A stretch of DNA of 63,732 nucleotides, counting the filler, from Octopus bimaculoides (taxonomy: Eukaryota): the NCBI RefSeq assembly GCF_001194135.2. It is 6 parts of 5 records of this genome, joined end to end, with 100 filler letters (N's around TTAATTAATTAA, not from the genome) between each part and the next. Parts side by side here need not be neighbours in the genome. Positions count along the whole stretch, not along the records: positions 15,178 to 42,973 come from NC_068992.1; 5 more parts are not named here. One strand, given 5' to 3'. Of the stretch, positions 23,886-37,569 are shown in pieces. Within the stretch, counting starts at the first letter, position 1. Each line of letters opens with the position of its first letter. The position numbers were made by a program, and so were the translations under genes. The notes beneath the pieces were generated by a model. It did not search any database. It saw nothing but the letters and a program-made list of their open reading frames with translations, and was not told the origin of the DNA.

Positions 23886-25169
23886 TCTACATTACAGGAA
23901 ATCGACAGAACGTAAGAATTTCGTAGCTTAGTACCCGTACTTGGTTTTTATATAATTAAGACGTCATATAACAGTATCCCTCTCGCTCTGCTTCCAACTT
24001 TCATTTCTGCATTATTAGAAGCTTTCCTTATTCTATTAATTATTCTGGCTTCAGGTGAACCACAACGCTCTTCTTACGCAACAGATATATATATAATAGT
24101 ATCAGATCTTTACCGAAATAGAAGATATTTAATTTATAAACCCCACAATTATTGAATATGAATTGCAGTCATTCAGGTTTTGGAATAATACAAAGCAACA
24201 ATCGTTGACTTAAATAGTCTGTATGTGGTGTTAGAAGTTACAGTTTATTAATAATTGTGCTTGTTTTTTTGTTTGTTTGTTTGTTTTTTTCAAAGAAAAA
24301 AAAATGAATGACAATAATCAAATTATGTTTCTTCTCCTACGATATGTATTATGCTGTAACGCAATCAAATAATACACGCACGCACGCACATGCACACATG
24401 TATACTTACACGTACACACACACGGACACACAGACACGGACACACAGACACGGACACACAGACACGGACACACAGACACGCACACATACTCTGCCACAAC
24501 TAATGTAGATAAATCTGCAGTTATCTATCTGAAAGACTTTAATTTGAGGAAATTACGGACGATAAAATATCTTCGTATTGTTCTTTAAAGTAAACAGAAA
24601 CGTAACAGAAAGCCCTCTAATGGATCTGTTTCGAGAATGATAGTCTCCCGTCAGACAATCATTAGTTATATATAAATAATCTCACACAGCCTAGGACACG
24701 TTTGTATGGGTGTACGGAGGAAAGGAATATCATCGATAGTGTTGTGTTTGGCATAGCAAAAGGCCAGCTGATCAATTAATTATTGCATTAACTAAGAAAA
24801 TCCTTGCAAATTAAAAGGCAGCTTTTCTGCTACACATGTTTAATATCTGTCCAGCCCCGACCCAGAAAAAAAATAATAAAAAAGCAAACAGACGAACAAT
24901 GAAAAACTACAGGACCAAGAGCGTTAACTTAAAACTTTATCAGTTTAACCAATTTTGGTGGGAAATGAAGACTGCGAAATTTATATCGATATTTCATTGA
25001 AAGTTATCTGGTGAAAGCAACGGACACCTTTTGACCTTCTCCAATCTAATCATTCAAGTATTTAGTTGAGCAGGCTTAAAAAATATATACTATGTAATGT
25101 ATGTATGTATGTATTTATGTATATATATGTGTATGTGTGTAGGCATATGTGGGTGGTTGTATATAATTT

Positions 25170-25412
25170 TTCAGTTAATTTCAAGACTTCTTGCCAAAAG
25201 AGAAAGAACCGGTTTCTAACCTAGATCAAAGGCTCTTTCATTGGTGTTTCAACATCAACAACAGGGTATTTTTGTCTGTCTGTCTGTCTGTTTGTATGTA
25301 TGTATTTATGTATGTGCAGATTTGTATGTTTTATGTATGTATTCTCATGCATATAGTTGCATATCGAGACATCCTCATATATATTTAAATGGTAAACTTC
25401 TGGAACATTTTA
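25170..25412 (-). mobile_element. 3' tail of (CATA)n-associated RLE LINE
   Basis: KMFQKFTI* plus a 3' UTR nearly colinear with 56520-56780. A (GTAT)n tract lies downstream. Confidence 0.75.
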
Positions 25413-25724
25413 TATATGTATGCATCTGTGTTTGTCCCCCCAACATCGCTTGACAACTGGTGCTGGTGTGTTTATGTCCCCGTAACTTAGCGGTTCGGCA
25501 AAAAGAAACCGATAGAATAAGTACTAGTCTTACAAATAATTGTTTGTTTGTTTGTTTCTTTCTTTCTTCATTTCCTTCCTTCCTTTCTTTTTCCTTCCTT
25601 TCTTTTTCCTTCCTTCTTCCTTTTTCTCTTTCTTTCCTTCTTCCTTTCTTCCTTCCTTTCTTCGTTTGTTTGTTTCTTTCTTTCATTCTATGTTTTTCCT
25701 TCGCTTATTCTCCCCTATATCTCT

Positions 25725-25930
25725 TATCTTTTACTTGTTTCAGTCATTAGACTGCGGCCATGCTGGGGGGCACCGCCTTGAAGAAATTTAGTCGAAAGAA
25801 TCGAGACCTCTACTTACATTTTGTTAAGCTCGGCCCTTATTCTATCGGTCATTTTCAGCGAACCGCTATCTTACGGGGATGTAAACACACCACCAACACT
25901 GGTTGTCATGAGGTGGTTGGGGCCAAACAC
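25725..25930 (-). mobile_element. SINE family C, 3' half; a plus-strand partial copy lies at 25425-25530
   Basis: CAGTCATTAGACTGCGGCCATGCTGGGGGCACCGCC and ACGGGGATGTAAACACACCA blocks. Confidence 0.75.
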
Positions 25931-25969
25931 AGGCACACTCACACACACACACTCACACACACACACACA

Positions 25970-26032
<63 letters not shown>

Positions 26033-28494
26033 NNNNNNNNNNNNNNNNNNNNNNNNNNNNNNNNNNNNNNNNNNNNNNNNNNNNNNNNNNNNNNNNNNNN
26101 NNNNNNNNNNNNNNNNNNNNNNNNNNNNNNNNNNNNNNNNNNNNNNNNNNNNNNNNNNNNNNNNNNNNNNNNNNNNNNNNNNNNNNNNNNNNNNNNNNNN
26201 NNNNNNNNNNNNNNNNNNNNNNNNNNNNNNNNNNNNNNNNNNNNNNNNNNNNNNNNNNNNNNNNNNNNNNNNNNNNNNNNNNNNNNNNNNNNNNNNNNNN
26301 NNNNNNNNNNNNNNNNNNNNNNNNNNNNNNNNNNNNNNNNNNNNNNNNNNNNNNNNNNNNNNNNNNNNNNNNNNNNNNNNNNNNNNNNNNCCCCTCCACC
26401 CCTCCTCCTCCTACTTTTCCTCCTCCTCCTCCTTCATCTTATTCTTCATCATCATCATCATCATCATCATCATCTTCTTCCAAATACAATCGACCAATGT
26501 TATGACAACATGAAATCTCTCTCTCTTTCTCTCTCTTCCCCCCCTCTCTCTCTCTCCTCAACTCACATCTTGTGTTCGCGTTCCTCATTTTCCCTCTTCT
26601 ACCCCACCCGCCACCACTGACCAGTTCTGCTCCCATCTATTCCCCGCGCCTTTCGGACAGCAACCTTTTTACTGTCCTCTTCGTCACTTTCTCCTTACTA
26701 CCATCATCATCATCATCATCAATATCAACATGTGGATGCAATGCGGGAACTTCAACACGAGTGATTGATGTACTAGAAATAGAAGCCAATTCTCTTTCAC
26801 ATCAAAAAAAAAAATGGAAATATAATCTTATATCAAAAATATATTTTCAATCAATTTATTTAATTATTTCTCGTCAATGCATTCAACGAGGAGCGAAGCG
26901 GAAGAATCCTAAGAACTTTCCATAAAAGTGTTTGCCGCATTTATTCCGGTTCTTTACGTCCTGATTTGAGTTACTTAGAGCAACTTTGTCTTTCAACCCC
27001 CTAAGGGTCAATAAAAGAAAATACCTTTCAAGAACTGGAGGCAACTCAACCCTTGACCTATTTAAAGCATTTTCATAAGTCCTGAGCGTCTATGCTTTTT
27101 ATCAGACTTTTTAACCTTGCAATTGTTTCATACATCCTGAATGTTATGTCTCAACGCTACTGCTATACAGCACCTCCGGATGATCTCTACCCAACCGCTA
27201 CACAACTGCTACTCGACTGCTACTCAACACACCTACCACGGCCAGACTACGTCTATTTATATGTCTTGGGAAATCCTACTGATTCGCCTGGGGGCGTCGA
27301 CACAACACTGACTAGTATAAAATTTCCTTTCTATAACTCCCAAGTTAGTCTGTCGTTTGAAAAACATTTGGGAACGCGAATCATATATGATGCTAGGGAC
27401 ATGTTTTGTGTATCACAAGTGAGACACGGGACATGCAAATGGTTAATTAACTGATGAAATATCCAGCCAAGATATTTCAAATATATTTTCATATGACATA
27501 GAAATATATTAAAGCGAATATATTTCTATATGTAACATATAAATATATATATATATATATATANNNNNNNNNNNNNNNNNNNNNNNNNNNNNNNNNNNNN
27601 NNNNNNNNNNNNNNNNNNNNNNNNNNNNNNNNNNNNNNNNNNNNNNNNNNNNNNNNNNNNNNNNNNNNNNNNNNNNNNNNNNNNNNNNNNNNNNNNNNNN
27701 NNNNNNNNNNNNNNNNNNNNNNNNNNNNNNNNNNNNNNNNNNNNNNNNNNNNNNNNNNNNNNNNNNNNNNNNNNNNNNNNNNNNNNNNNNNNNNNNNNNN
27801 NNNNNNNNNNNNNNNNNNNNNNNNNNNNNNNNNNNNNNNNNNNNNNNNNNNNNNNNNNNNNNNNNNNNNNNNNNNNNNNNNNNNNNNNNNNNNNNNNNNN
27901 NNNNNNNNNNNNNNNNNNNNNNNNNNNNNNNNNNNNNNNNNNNNNNNNNNNNNNNNNNNNNNNNNNNNNNNNNNNNNNNNNNNNNNNNNNNNNNNNNNNN
28001 NNNNNNNNNNNNNNNNNNNNNNNNNNNNNNNNNNNNNNNNNNNNNNNNNNNNNNNNNNNNNNNNNNNNNNNNNNNNNNNNNNNNNNNNNNNNNNNNNNNN
28101 NNNNNNNNNNNNNNNNNNNNNNNNNNNNNNNNNNNNNNNNNNNNNNNNNNNNNNNNNNNNNNNNNNNNNNNNNNNNNNNNNNNNNNNNNNNNNNNNNNNN
28201 NNNNNNNNNNNNNNNNNNNNNNNNNNNNNNNNNNNNNNNNNNNNNNNNNNNNNNNNNNNNNNNNNNNNNNNNNNNNNNNNNNNNNNNNNNNNNNNNNNNN
28301 NNNNNNNNNNNNNNNNNNNNNNNNNNNNNNNNNNNNNNNNNNNNNNNNNNNNNNNNNNNNNNNNNNNNNNNNNNNNNNNNNNNNTATATATATATATATA
28401 TATATATATGGAAATGCGCTTATATTTCTATATATAGCATAAAAACATAGAAAGGTGACGAGACGGTAGTATTGTTAGTGTGTAGTATAAAATG

Positions 28495-28640
28495 CTCAGT
28501 GGCGTTTCTTTCAGCTTTTTACGTTCAAATTCCGCCGAGGTCATCTGTACCTTTCGATATTACTAAAATAAGTACCAGTTGTCCACTGGGGTCCATGTAA
28601 ACGACTTCCTTATAATCGCTGACCTTGTACCAAAATTAGA
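28495..28640 (+). mobile_element. SINE family A, partial
   Basis: TTCAAATTCCGCCGAGGTC ... AAATAAGTACCAGTTG ... CTGGGGTC. Confidence 0.65.
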
Positions 28641-29144
28641 GAGGAATATAGAAATATAATAGCAATCACTTCTAAAGGATTTAATAGAGGAGCAAATGTA
28701 GTAGTTAGGCCGGTTGTCCGGTTCACTGTTTTCAGTTCAAGAAACAGAAGAAGTCACCATCTTAACAGTAATGTACCCTTAATGCTTGCAACAAAGATAT
28801 TCTGTTAACTGCATCGTAGGATCTAGTGGTGGTTTTAACACAAACAGCCCGTATATAGGGGCTCTCATGATTTTTCTCTTTTCAAAGTTTTTTTTTTTTT
28901 CTCAAGACTTTTTTGACTCGAGACTGCCCCAGAATACATTTACTCAAAGTGCAACTCTGGACATATTGAACACGAAACCACGAAGTTGTAATCAAAAAGA
29001 CTTCTTACTCAAGAAGTCTACCACCAGAACATCAATGTGGCATGCTGCTCCAACTTATCACCACAGTAATGGAGTAGCATCATTGCCGCCACTACCGCCA
29101 TCATCGTCATCATCATGATCATCATCACCATCATCATCAGCATA

Positions 29145-29382
29145 AAGAGATATTCAGACAAATACATAACAAAAACACCAGGACTTACAAATATATATAA
29201 CATACAGAAAATTGCACTACTGGGCACTGCACACATCCAACGCAAAACACTTTCAATACAGTAACCATAAGAGCATCACAGCAAACCACAGCTCATACCC
29301 AAGGAACACAGAGCTGCGCACGGTAGTGAAGTGAAAGCACGCTATAAAAATAAAACTACTGAACAATAATAATAATAATCAT
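29145..29382 (+). mobile_element. 3' end of RLE LINE (TAA-tailed family, copy 2)
   Basis: KRYSDKYITKTPGLTNIYNIQKIALLGTAHIQRKTLSIQ*, followed by the same UTR as 8260-8400 and ending in (AAT)n. Confidence 0.88.
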
Positions 29383-30039
29383 CTTACTGTCATCACCGAC
29401 CAATTCTACCATCACAATCCTCACCACCACCATTCACCCTCATCGTCATTATCATCATATCATTAGCATCGTCATTCATCTTCTCGACCGCTAGATATAC
29501 CCACAAGTGCAAACACAACAATAACAACAACAACATCAACACAATAATAATAACAACAACAACAATAGCAGTTTGCAATGACTGCAAGAACAGTAACAGA
29601 ACGAACAGAGATATCAAACTGAAATCCTGAAAGCCAAAATTGTTCAGAAAGTATTTAACTTCTTAAACTAGTTCTGCAAACATATATAGATATCGGTGCA
29701 AGGTGAAGGATGGAAGCAGAGAGAGAGAGAGAGAGAGAGGTAAATAGAGAGAGACAGAGATAAGGGGTGAGGGAGGGGGAAATGCCATAGTGTATTTGAT
29801 GGGTTGGTGGAATTGACTGAGCCAGATAAATTGATGATGTTTTGCTTGCATGCGAAAATATAATTTGGACAGAATCAAGCAAACTTTAAGATGTCCGAAG
29901 CAAATTACAGAGAAGAACTTATCCGAACCAGCGGGAGACCCAGCCTATAATTAAGACCTCTAATTTGTTAATTCTACTCTAGATGGGTCCGTTTCGAAAA
30001 TCTGCATTGACATAACGACTATCTGTATCTGTGCGTGTA

Positions 30040-31070
30040 TGCACGTACGTACGTATGAATGTATGTATGTATGTATGTATTTATGTATGCATGTATGTAT
30101 GTATGTATGTATTTATGTATGTATGTATGTATGTATGTATGTACGTATGTCGTATTATGTGTTTATGTATGTAAGTATGTAGGTACGTACGTACGTATGA
30201 ATGTATGTATGTAAGTATATATGTATACATGTACGTATATATGTATGCATGTACGTATGTATGTATGTATGCATGCATTGATGTATGTATGTATGTATGT
30301 ATATACGTACGCACGTATGTATGTATCTATGCATGTATGTATGTATGTATGTATTTATGCATGTCGTATGTATGTATTTATGTTCGTATGTATGTATGTA
30401 CGTATGTATGTATGCATGCATTTATGTATACATGTATATATATGTATATATATATATGTATGTATGTATGTACGTATGTATGTATGTAAGCAGGCATTTA
30501 TGTATGTATGTATGTATGTATGTATGTATGTATATACGTACGTATGTATGCATGTATGTATGTATGCATGTACGTACGTCGTATGTATGTATTTATGTAT
30601 GTATGCATCTATCTATGTACGTACGTATGTATGCATGTATGTGTGTGTATATTTATGTATGTATGTATGTTTGTTGTAATGTGTGTATACGTGTTTGAGT
30701 GTATACGTGTATGTGAATGTAGTTTGTGTAAGTGTATGCGAGTGAGTGTGTGTGTGAGCGTAGGTGGATGTATGAATGTGAAAGTAAGTGCGCGCACGTA
30801 TGTGTGTGTGTGTGTGTATGTGCATGCGTGTGTGGGCGTGTATGTGTAGGCATATGTGAGATTGTACATGAGTGCGTTTATGCGTGTATCTGTGTATCTA
30901 ATCGTGCGAGCGCCTGTGTCTATTTGTGTGTGTATGCGTGTATGCATGCATGCATGCGCGTATATGCGCATATACGAATGTGAATGTTCGTGCGCGCGCA
31001 CGTTTCTGCGTGCGTGCGTGTGTGTTTGTGCGTGTTTGTGTGTGTCTGTGTGTCTGTCCGTCTGACTTTG
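30040..31070. repeat. About 1 kb of degenerate (GTAT)n grading into (GT/GC)n
   Basis: Seen directly. It is the source of the MYVC/HTHT pseudo-ORFs. Confidence 0.95.
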
Positions 31071-32127
31071 TATGTCTGTATGCTACACGGTTTAATCATT
31101 TATCAAAGAGCAAGGTATAGCTGTCCACGTCCACCGCGTTACTCTGATATTGGTGTCGTTGTTCAGCCTGAATATCTGTTAATCGAGCCAAAATTAAAAA
31201 GAATTATATATGGTCCATTTTTCAACATAGCAACTGACCGTGTGTTGTACTTACTCTGATACTATCGCCTTATTGCGCAGGTAAGTCGTTTATGTGTTAC
31301 GCTGCCGGATAAAAATATTTCTAAATCATGCACGTACATTCATAATTTATGCAAATAATTTTTAGATTAACTTTCTTGGTGAATATTAATAGCAGTTTAA
31401 ATACTGTTGAACAATAACTTTTATTTAGAATANNNNNNNNNNNNNNNNNNNNNNNNNNNNNNNNNNNNNNNNNNNNNNNNNNNNNNNNNNNNNNNNNNNN
31501 NNNNNNNNNNNNNNNNNNNNNNNNNNNNNNNNNNNNNNNNNNNNNNNNNNNNNNNNNNNNNNNNNNNNNNNNNNNNNNNNNNNNNNNNNNNNNNNNNNNN
31601 NNNNNNNNNNNNNNNNNNNNNNNNNNNNNNNNNNNNNNNNNNNNNNNNNNNNNNNNNNNNNNNNNNNNNNNNNNNNNNNNNNNNNNNNNNNNNNNNNNNN
31701 NNNNNNNNNNNNNNNNNNNNNNNNNNNNNNNNNNNNNNNNNNNNNNNNNNNNNNNNNNNNNNNNNNNNNNNNNNNNNNNNNNNNNNNNNNNNNNNNNNNN
31801 NNNNNNNNNNNNNNNNNNNNNNNNNNNNNNNNNNNNNNNNNNNNNNNNNNNNNNNNNNNNNNNNNNNNNNNNNNNNNNNNNNNNNNNNNNNNNNNNNNNN
31901 NNNNNNNNNNNNNNNNNNNNNNNNNNNNNNNNNNNNNNNNNNNNNNNNNNNNNNNNNNNNNNNNNNNNNNNNNNNNNNNNNNNNNNNNNNNNNNNNNNNN
32001 NNNNNNNNNNNNNNNNNNNNNNNNNNNNNNNNNNNNNNNNNNNNNNNNNNNNNNNNNNNNNNNNNNNNNNNNNNNNNNNNNNNNNNNNNNNNNNNNNNNN
32101 NNNNNNNNNNNNNNNNNNNNNNNNNNN

Positions 32128-32540
32128 TTAATCTCTTTATCTGTCCTTGTTTGTCCCCTCTATGGGCAACAAAGAAATAAGAAACGTTAGCACGCCGGGC
32201 GAAATGCTTAGCGGTATTTCCTCTGTCTTTAAGTTCTGAGTTCAAATTACACCGAGGTCGAGTTTGCCTTTCATCCTTTCAGGGTCGATAAATTAAGTAC
32301 CATTTGCATACTGGGGTCGATCTAATCCATTGGTCCCCTCCCCCAAATTTCGGGTCTGTGCCTAGTGTAGAAAAGGGTATTTCATCTGTCTTTACGTACT
32401 GAGTTTAAATTCGTCCGAGGTCGACTTTGCTTTTCATCCTTTCAGGGTCGATAAATTAAGTACCAGTTGCGTACTAGGGTCGATCTAATCGACTGCCCCC
32501 TCCCCCAAAATTTCGGGCTTTGTGCTTAGAGTAGAAAAGG
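32128..32540 (+). mobile_element. Tandem SINE family A copies
   Basis: The body TTCATCCTTTCAGGGTCGATAAATTAAGTACC ... CCCCCAAA occurs twice (about 32190-32395 and 32375-32540), preceded by a previous monomer's tail. Confidence 0.85.
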
Positions 32541-32689
32541 ATAATACTGCGTAGCTTGGCTTTTTATCCAAAACCGAGATCAATAATACTGTGTAGTTAC
32601 TGCGTGAAGAAACGTTGTGTTCTCGAGCAAAAAAATTAATTTCACGTTGCCTCAATCCACTCAACTGTAGAAATGAGCACAACTAGTTG

Positions 32690-32930
32690 AGGCGCATAGT
32701 TTAGTGGTTAGGGTGTTAGATTCACGACCGTGAGATTGTGGTTTCGATACCTGAACCAGGTGATGCGTTGCGTTCTTGGGCAAAGCAATTCGTCTCACGT
32801 TGCCCCAGTCCGTTCAGCTGTAGGTGAGTTACCCTGCCACAGACTGGTATCTTGTTCAGGAGTAGTATTGTTAGGCCAGTCACTTATACGCCATAGAAAC
32901 CGAGTAATCGGCTCTACAAGTCCTAGAATT
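32690..32930 (+). mobile_element. tRNA-derived SINE (family D-type head)
   Basis: GGCGCATAGTTTAGTGGTTAGGGTGTT (A box) ... GGTTTCGATACC (B box). Confidence 0.7.
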
Positions 32931-34134
32931 TGAGATAGAGATCATGTACTCTATTAGATGAAGTACGTCATCTAGAAATGATAGTATTCTATTAATAAGT
33001 CTTTGTTTCTCTGTTGCTCAAATTTATTTACTTCTGCTGTGCAGTTAGAGCTCAGTTGCTAATTCTTTCTTAGCACTAATCTGTTACTTAACCAAGTTTA
33101 CTAGCAATCTAGAGTGTTTTTGGCAGTACAATGTTGCTACTAAATCATTATTTAGCTATATTACTTGTGCAGTGTCGTTAGTTCATCGTTTTTTGGCTCT
33201 GTTGTTTATGATAAGAGGTCAAAACAAACGATTAGGATACACTTCGTACGACGCTGTGCTGTCTACCCAGCTTCGTTCGCTCTAGCATTATTATTCGTAT
33301 ATGTTATCATTTAATACTACCTACAGTTATGAAGTATATACAGTGGTATGTGTGTTAACGAAAGAATTTTACTCGCTATACAATGAACATAACTAGGTTT
33401 AAATACGTTATTCTATATTTATCAATTATAAGCTAGAATAGTCAGCAATGAAAACAAACACATATTTTCAGATAAGAAATACGAGAGAATGGTTGTTTGT
33501 TAGGATATTCTTTTCTTTTGAAGTAAGTGCATTCGTAGAATAGTTTTTGACAAAAGAGAAGAACGCAGACTGTAGTGGGATTGTGAAACGCTTGATGATC
33601 GTGTGAACAACCTCAATTTTCGTATAATAAGAACGATATAATAATACCAAAATCTTCGTGTTGAAGTAGTGTAAATAAGTGTAATGACATTATATATANN
33701 NNNNNNNNNNNNNNNNNNNNNNNNNNNNNNNNNNNNNNNNNNNNNNNNNNNNNNNNNNNNNNNNNNNNNNNNNNNNNNNNNNNNNNNNNNNNNNNNNNNN
33801 NNNNNNNNNNNNNNNNNNTAAATAACTCTGCAGCCCCTTATTTTAATGAATAGACGGTTCTTATAAAGGATTTCTCTCTGAATTTTATCTCTAATGTTTA
33901 TTTTTTCTTTTATCATTCAAACCATCTGCCAACTACTCAATGTCTAAATGCACAATGCAAATATTAGCTTGTATATATTTACAGAGCGAAATAGACTAAG
34001 ACACAAAATGCGCTTATATAAATCCACAAAAAGATAAGGTTCCATGTGTATGTGCGTACATATGAAAATATACGTACATACTAACACACGCATGCGAACA
34101 CACACACACATACATACAGACATATGACATGCTC

Positions 34135-35225
<1,091 letters not shown>

Positions 35226-35542
35226 CATACATACCTTTACCCATGCATGTACACATACATACATACATACATACATACATCAAAGCATACCATTTCAAAT
35301 TATTCCAATACCCTCAGCTATACAGGGTCCCCGCCGGTTACTGTTTCAGCTTTCTTTCTCCCCGGTTTTACAGAACACACAGACATGTGATTCGCGCGCA
35401 CACACATAGAAGGCCAAGCAAACAAATGCGCACTTACGGATATATTTTAAGACGTTCTTACATACTGGAGCATAAAAATCATTTACTGAAGGTTTTTGTC
35501 TCAGAAAAAAGATGCAGATTCCGCAGACCTCTGCTCGAAACA

Positions 35543-35985
35543 TCTCATATAACCCCTGATAACATTTTTACGTTTTAAAATTTAAGAAATTTTTTTGCGG
35601 ATTTGTATTCTACACACGGGAATTAATACGATTATGCAAAAATTGTGTGATTTCAGGGCTATTTAGTTGTTATCTTGAGCACACCTCACGACCACCTAAT
35701 GCCTTACTAATTTGTCACTGTGACGTACAGACGTTTTTTAATTTCTTTTTCCTCATACACACATTTAAAGGTCTATTGCTGAGATTTAAGCAAAATATTC
35801 AGACTGTTTGTATTTTAAACTGATTTTTAAAAGATTCGAAAACTTAAATAAAAACTTTTAAATTCCAAAAATTAAGATAATTTTTGTTTTATATAGACGT
35901 ATGCATTCCAGTATGTAGAATACACATTCGCAAAAAGTTCCTGAAATTTCAAAAAAACAAAAAAAGTTATGAAGGGTTATAGGGG
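35543..35985. mobile_element. MITE with long imperfect terminal inverted repeats
   Basis: Start TATAACCCCTGATAAC vs end GTTATGAAGGGTTATAGGGG, with inner IR TTTTTGCGGATTTGTATTCTACAC / GTAGAATACACATTCGCAAAAAG. A related partial copy lies at about 44626-44945. Confidence 0.7.
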
Positions 35986-36196
35986 AACGTAAAACAGAAT
36001 TTCGCCGAAAATTTTATAGACTTTGTGCATCACAGTGCGTCAAACAGAACTCCAAGTGATGTAAGCGAGCCACCAGACACAGCGTTTCGACGTGATTCGC
36101 CCTCTCAGTAGCAGACATAGTCTCAGTAATTTGGAATTATGCCCTGACTTCTGTTCCTATTCACATTAAATAGCAACAATACATATTCACTTGAGG

Positions 36197-36410
36197 GTAG
36201 CGAACTAGAAGAATGCTGAGCACACCAGTCAAAAAAGCTTAGCAGCATTTCGTCCGTCTTTACATTCAGAGTTCTAATTCCAGCAAGGTCGAGTTTGCTT
36301 TTCATTCTTTCGGGGTTGATAAAAGATGTACTAGCTGAGCACTGGGATCGATATAAACGACTTACCCCCTTCTTCGAATTTGCTGGCTTTATGCCAGAAT
36401 CTGAAGTCTA
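36197..36410 (+). mobile_element. SINE family A
   Basis: GCTTAGCAGCATTTCGTCCGTCTTTACATTCAGAGTTC ... GCACTGGGATCGAT. Confidence 0.75.
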
Positions 36411-37528
36411 TGAATATCTGCTTGGGTATTCTGAGGCTTTCCAAGCTGAATTAATTTGAAAACACAGACAATGTCAGTCATCAAAATAATGAGGGGTGCA
36501 CATATTTTAAACAATCTTCCTCTGCACCAAAGCATGAAACGCATTAGCTATGGTAGGTAGGTAGGTAGGTGGGTAGGTAGGTATGCTTTTAGCCGTCTCA
36601 CCGTTACCAATTATAGTGAAGTGACTGTGTTAAGTTCTGCCGAATTAAGCAGAATAAACATATTACTGATATAAGACAACCCCTTCAACACATCTCACGA
36701 GGAATGCATCATTCTTATTGTTGGGATTTGTTTCTCGACATAAATAAAGAATTTAAGATTATGGCTGTTAGGTTCAGAAGCTAGCTTCTGAATGCTTCGC
36801 AAATGAAATATGTCTGTGCATCATGACTTCTGAAGTTTTGGGCTGCGCCTCTTCTATGATGAACAGTTATAGGTAATATCAATGCTGCTCTGCTTGTTGA
36901 TCATGATGTATTGAACACTTTATAGAAAAATGAGAAAAATAAATAAATAAGTTACGAATAAAACGAAAGACGGCAAGAAATAAAAAAAACACACACACAC
37001 ACTGAATGACAAATATAAACGTATAGAAACAAGATTGAATGAAAGATGGATAAAAAAATAAGATGAAAATGAGATATGTAAAGTAAACATGAAATATCGA
37101 AAAAAAGATAGAAAAAGAAAATTGCGAACGTGATTCTTAATTATATTTTATGGAAGTTCACCATGTTTTATTTATTTATTTATTTATTTAATTATTTATT
37201 TATTTAGAATATCAGTAAATTGTTGTCATGAAAAACTATTGCAAATACAGTAATGAATGTTAGAATGTATGACAACAGGCAACTGGCTGGAACTAGTAAA
37301 AGACGATGTAAGTAGGTGATAAGTGTATAAAAATCAGGATGGGGTTATTTATGTATCTGTGACACAGAGAGGGAAAAAAATCTAGGCGAAAGGTTATTTT
37401 ACAATTAGGACATTTAACTGCTGAAATATAGTCATATACGCCATAAATAAAGAAAGAAAACGAAGCAATATTATTCGATTATTAATATCATATTGTTATT
37501 ATTGTTTATCGGCAAATAGGAAAGGCAA

Positions 37529-37569
37529 TTCCGGAAGCGTTTCGCTTTTCTTCAGACTCATCAGCGAAA
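37529..37569 (-). ncRNA. Degenerate minimal hammerhead ribozyme
   Basis: Minus strand: UUUCG-CUGAUGA-GUCU-gaagaa-AAGC-GAAA-CGCUU-C-CGGAA. The core is intact and stem I pairs. Stems II and III each carry a mismatch. Confidence 0.45.

Noticed and set aside
24618-24668. Minus-strand hammerhead-like CUGACGG-GAGA..UCUC-GAAAC
   Set aside because: A9 is mutated, stem III does not close and stem I needs a 5-nt bulge; it could be a relic but is not supportable.
27092-27454. 120-aa ORF
   Set aside because: TTG start, no recognisable domain, no clear splice sites.
27452-27480. CTGATGA followed by a hairpin
   Set aside because: The hairpin is followed by TCAAA, not GAAA; there is no hammerhead core.
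33180-33350. Unique CpG-containing stretch ending in GTG|GTATGT
   Set aside because: All frames are stopped or uninformative, and there is no acceptor or promoter evidence.
36075-36112. Minus-strand CUGAGAG-GGCG..CGUC-GAAACGC
   Set aside because: The core lacks one nucleotide, and stems I and III do not pair.
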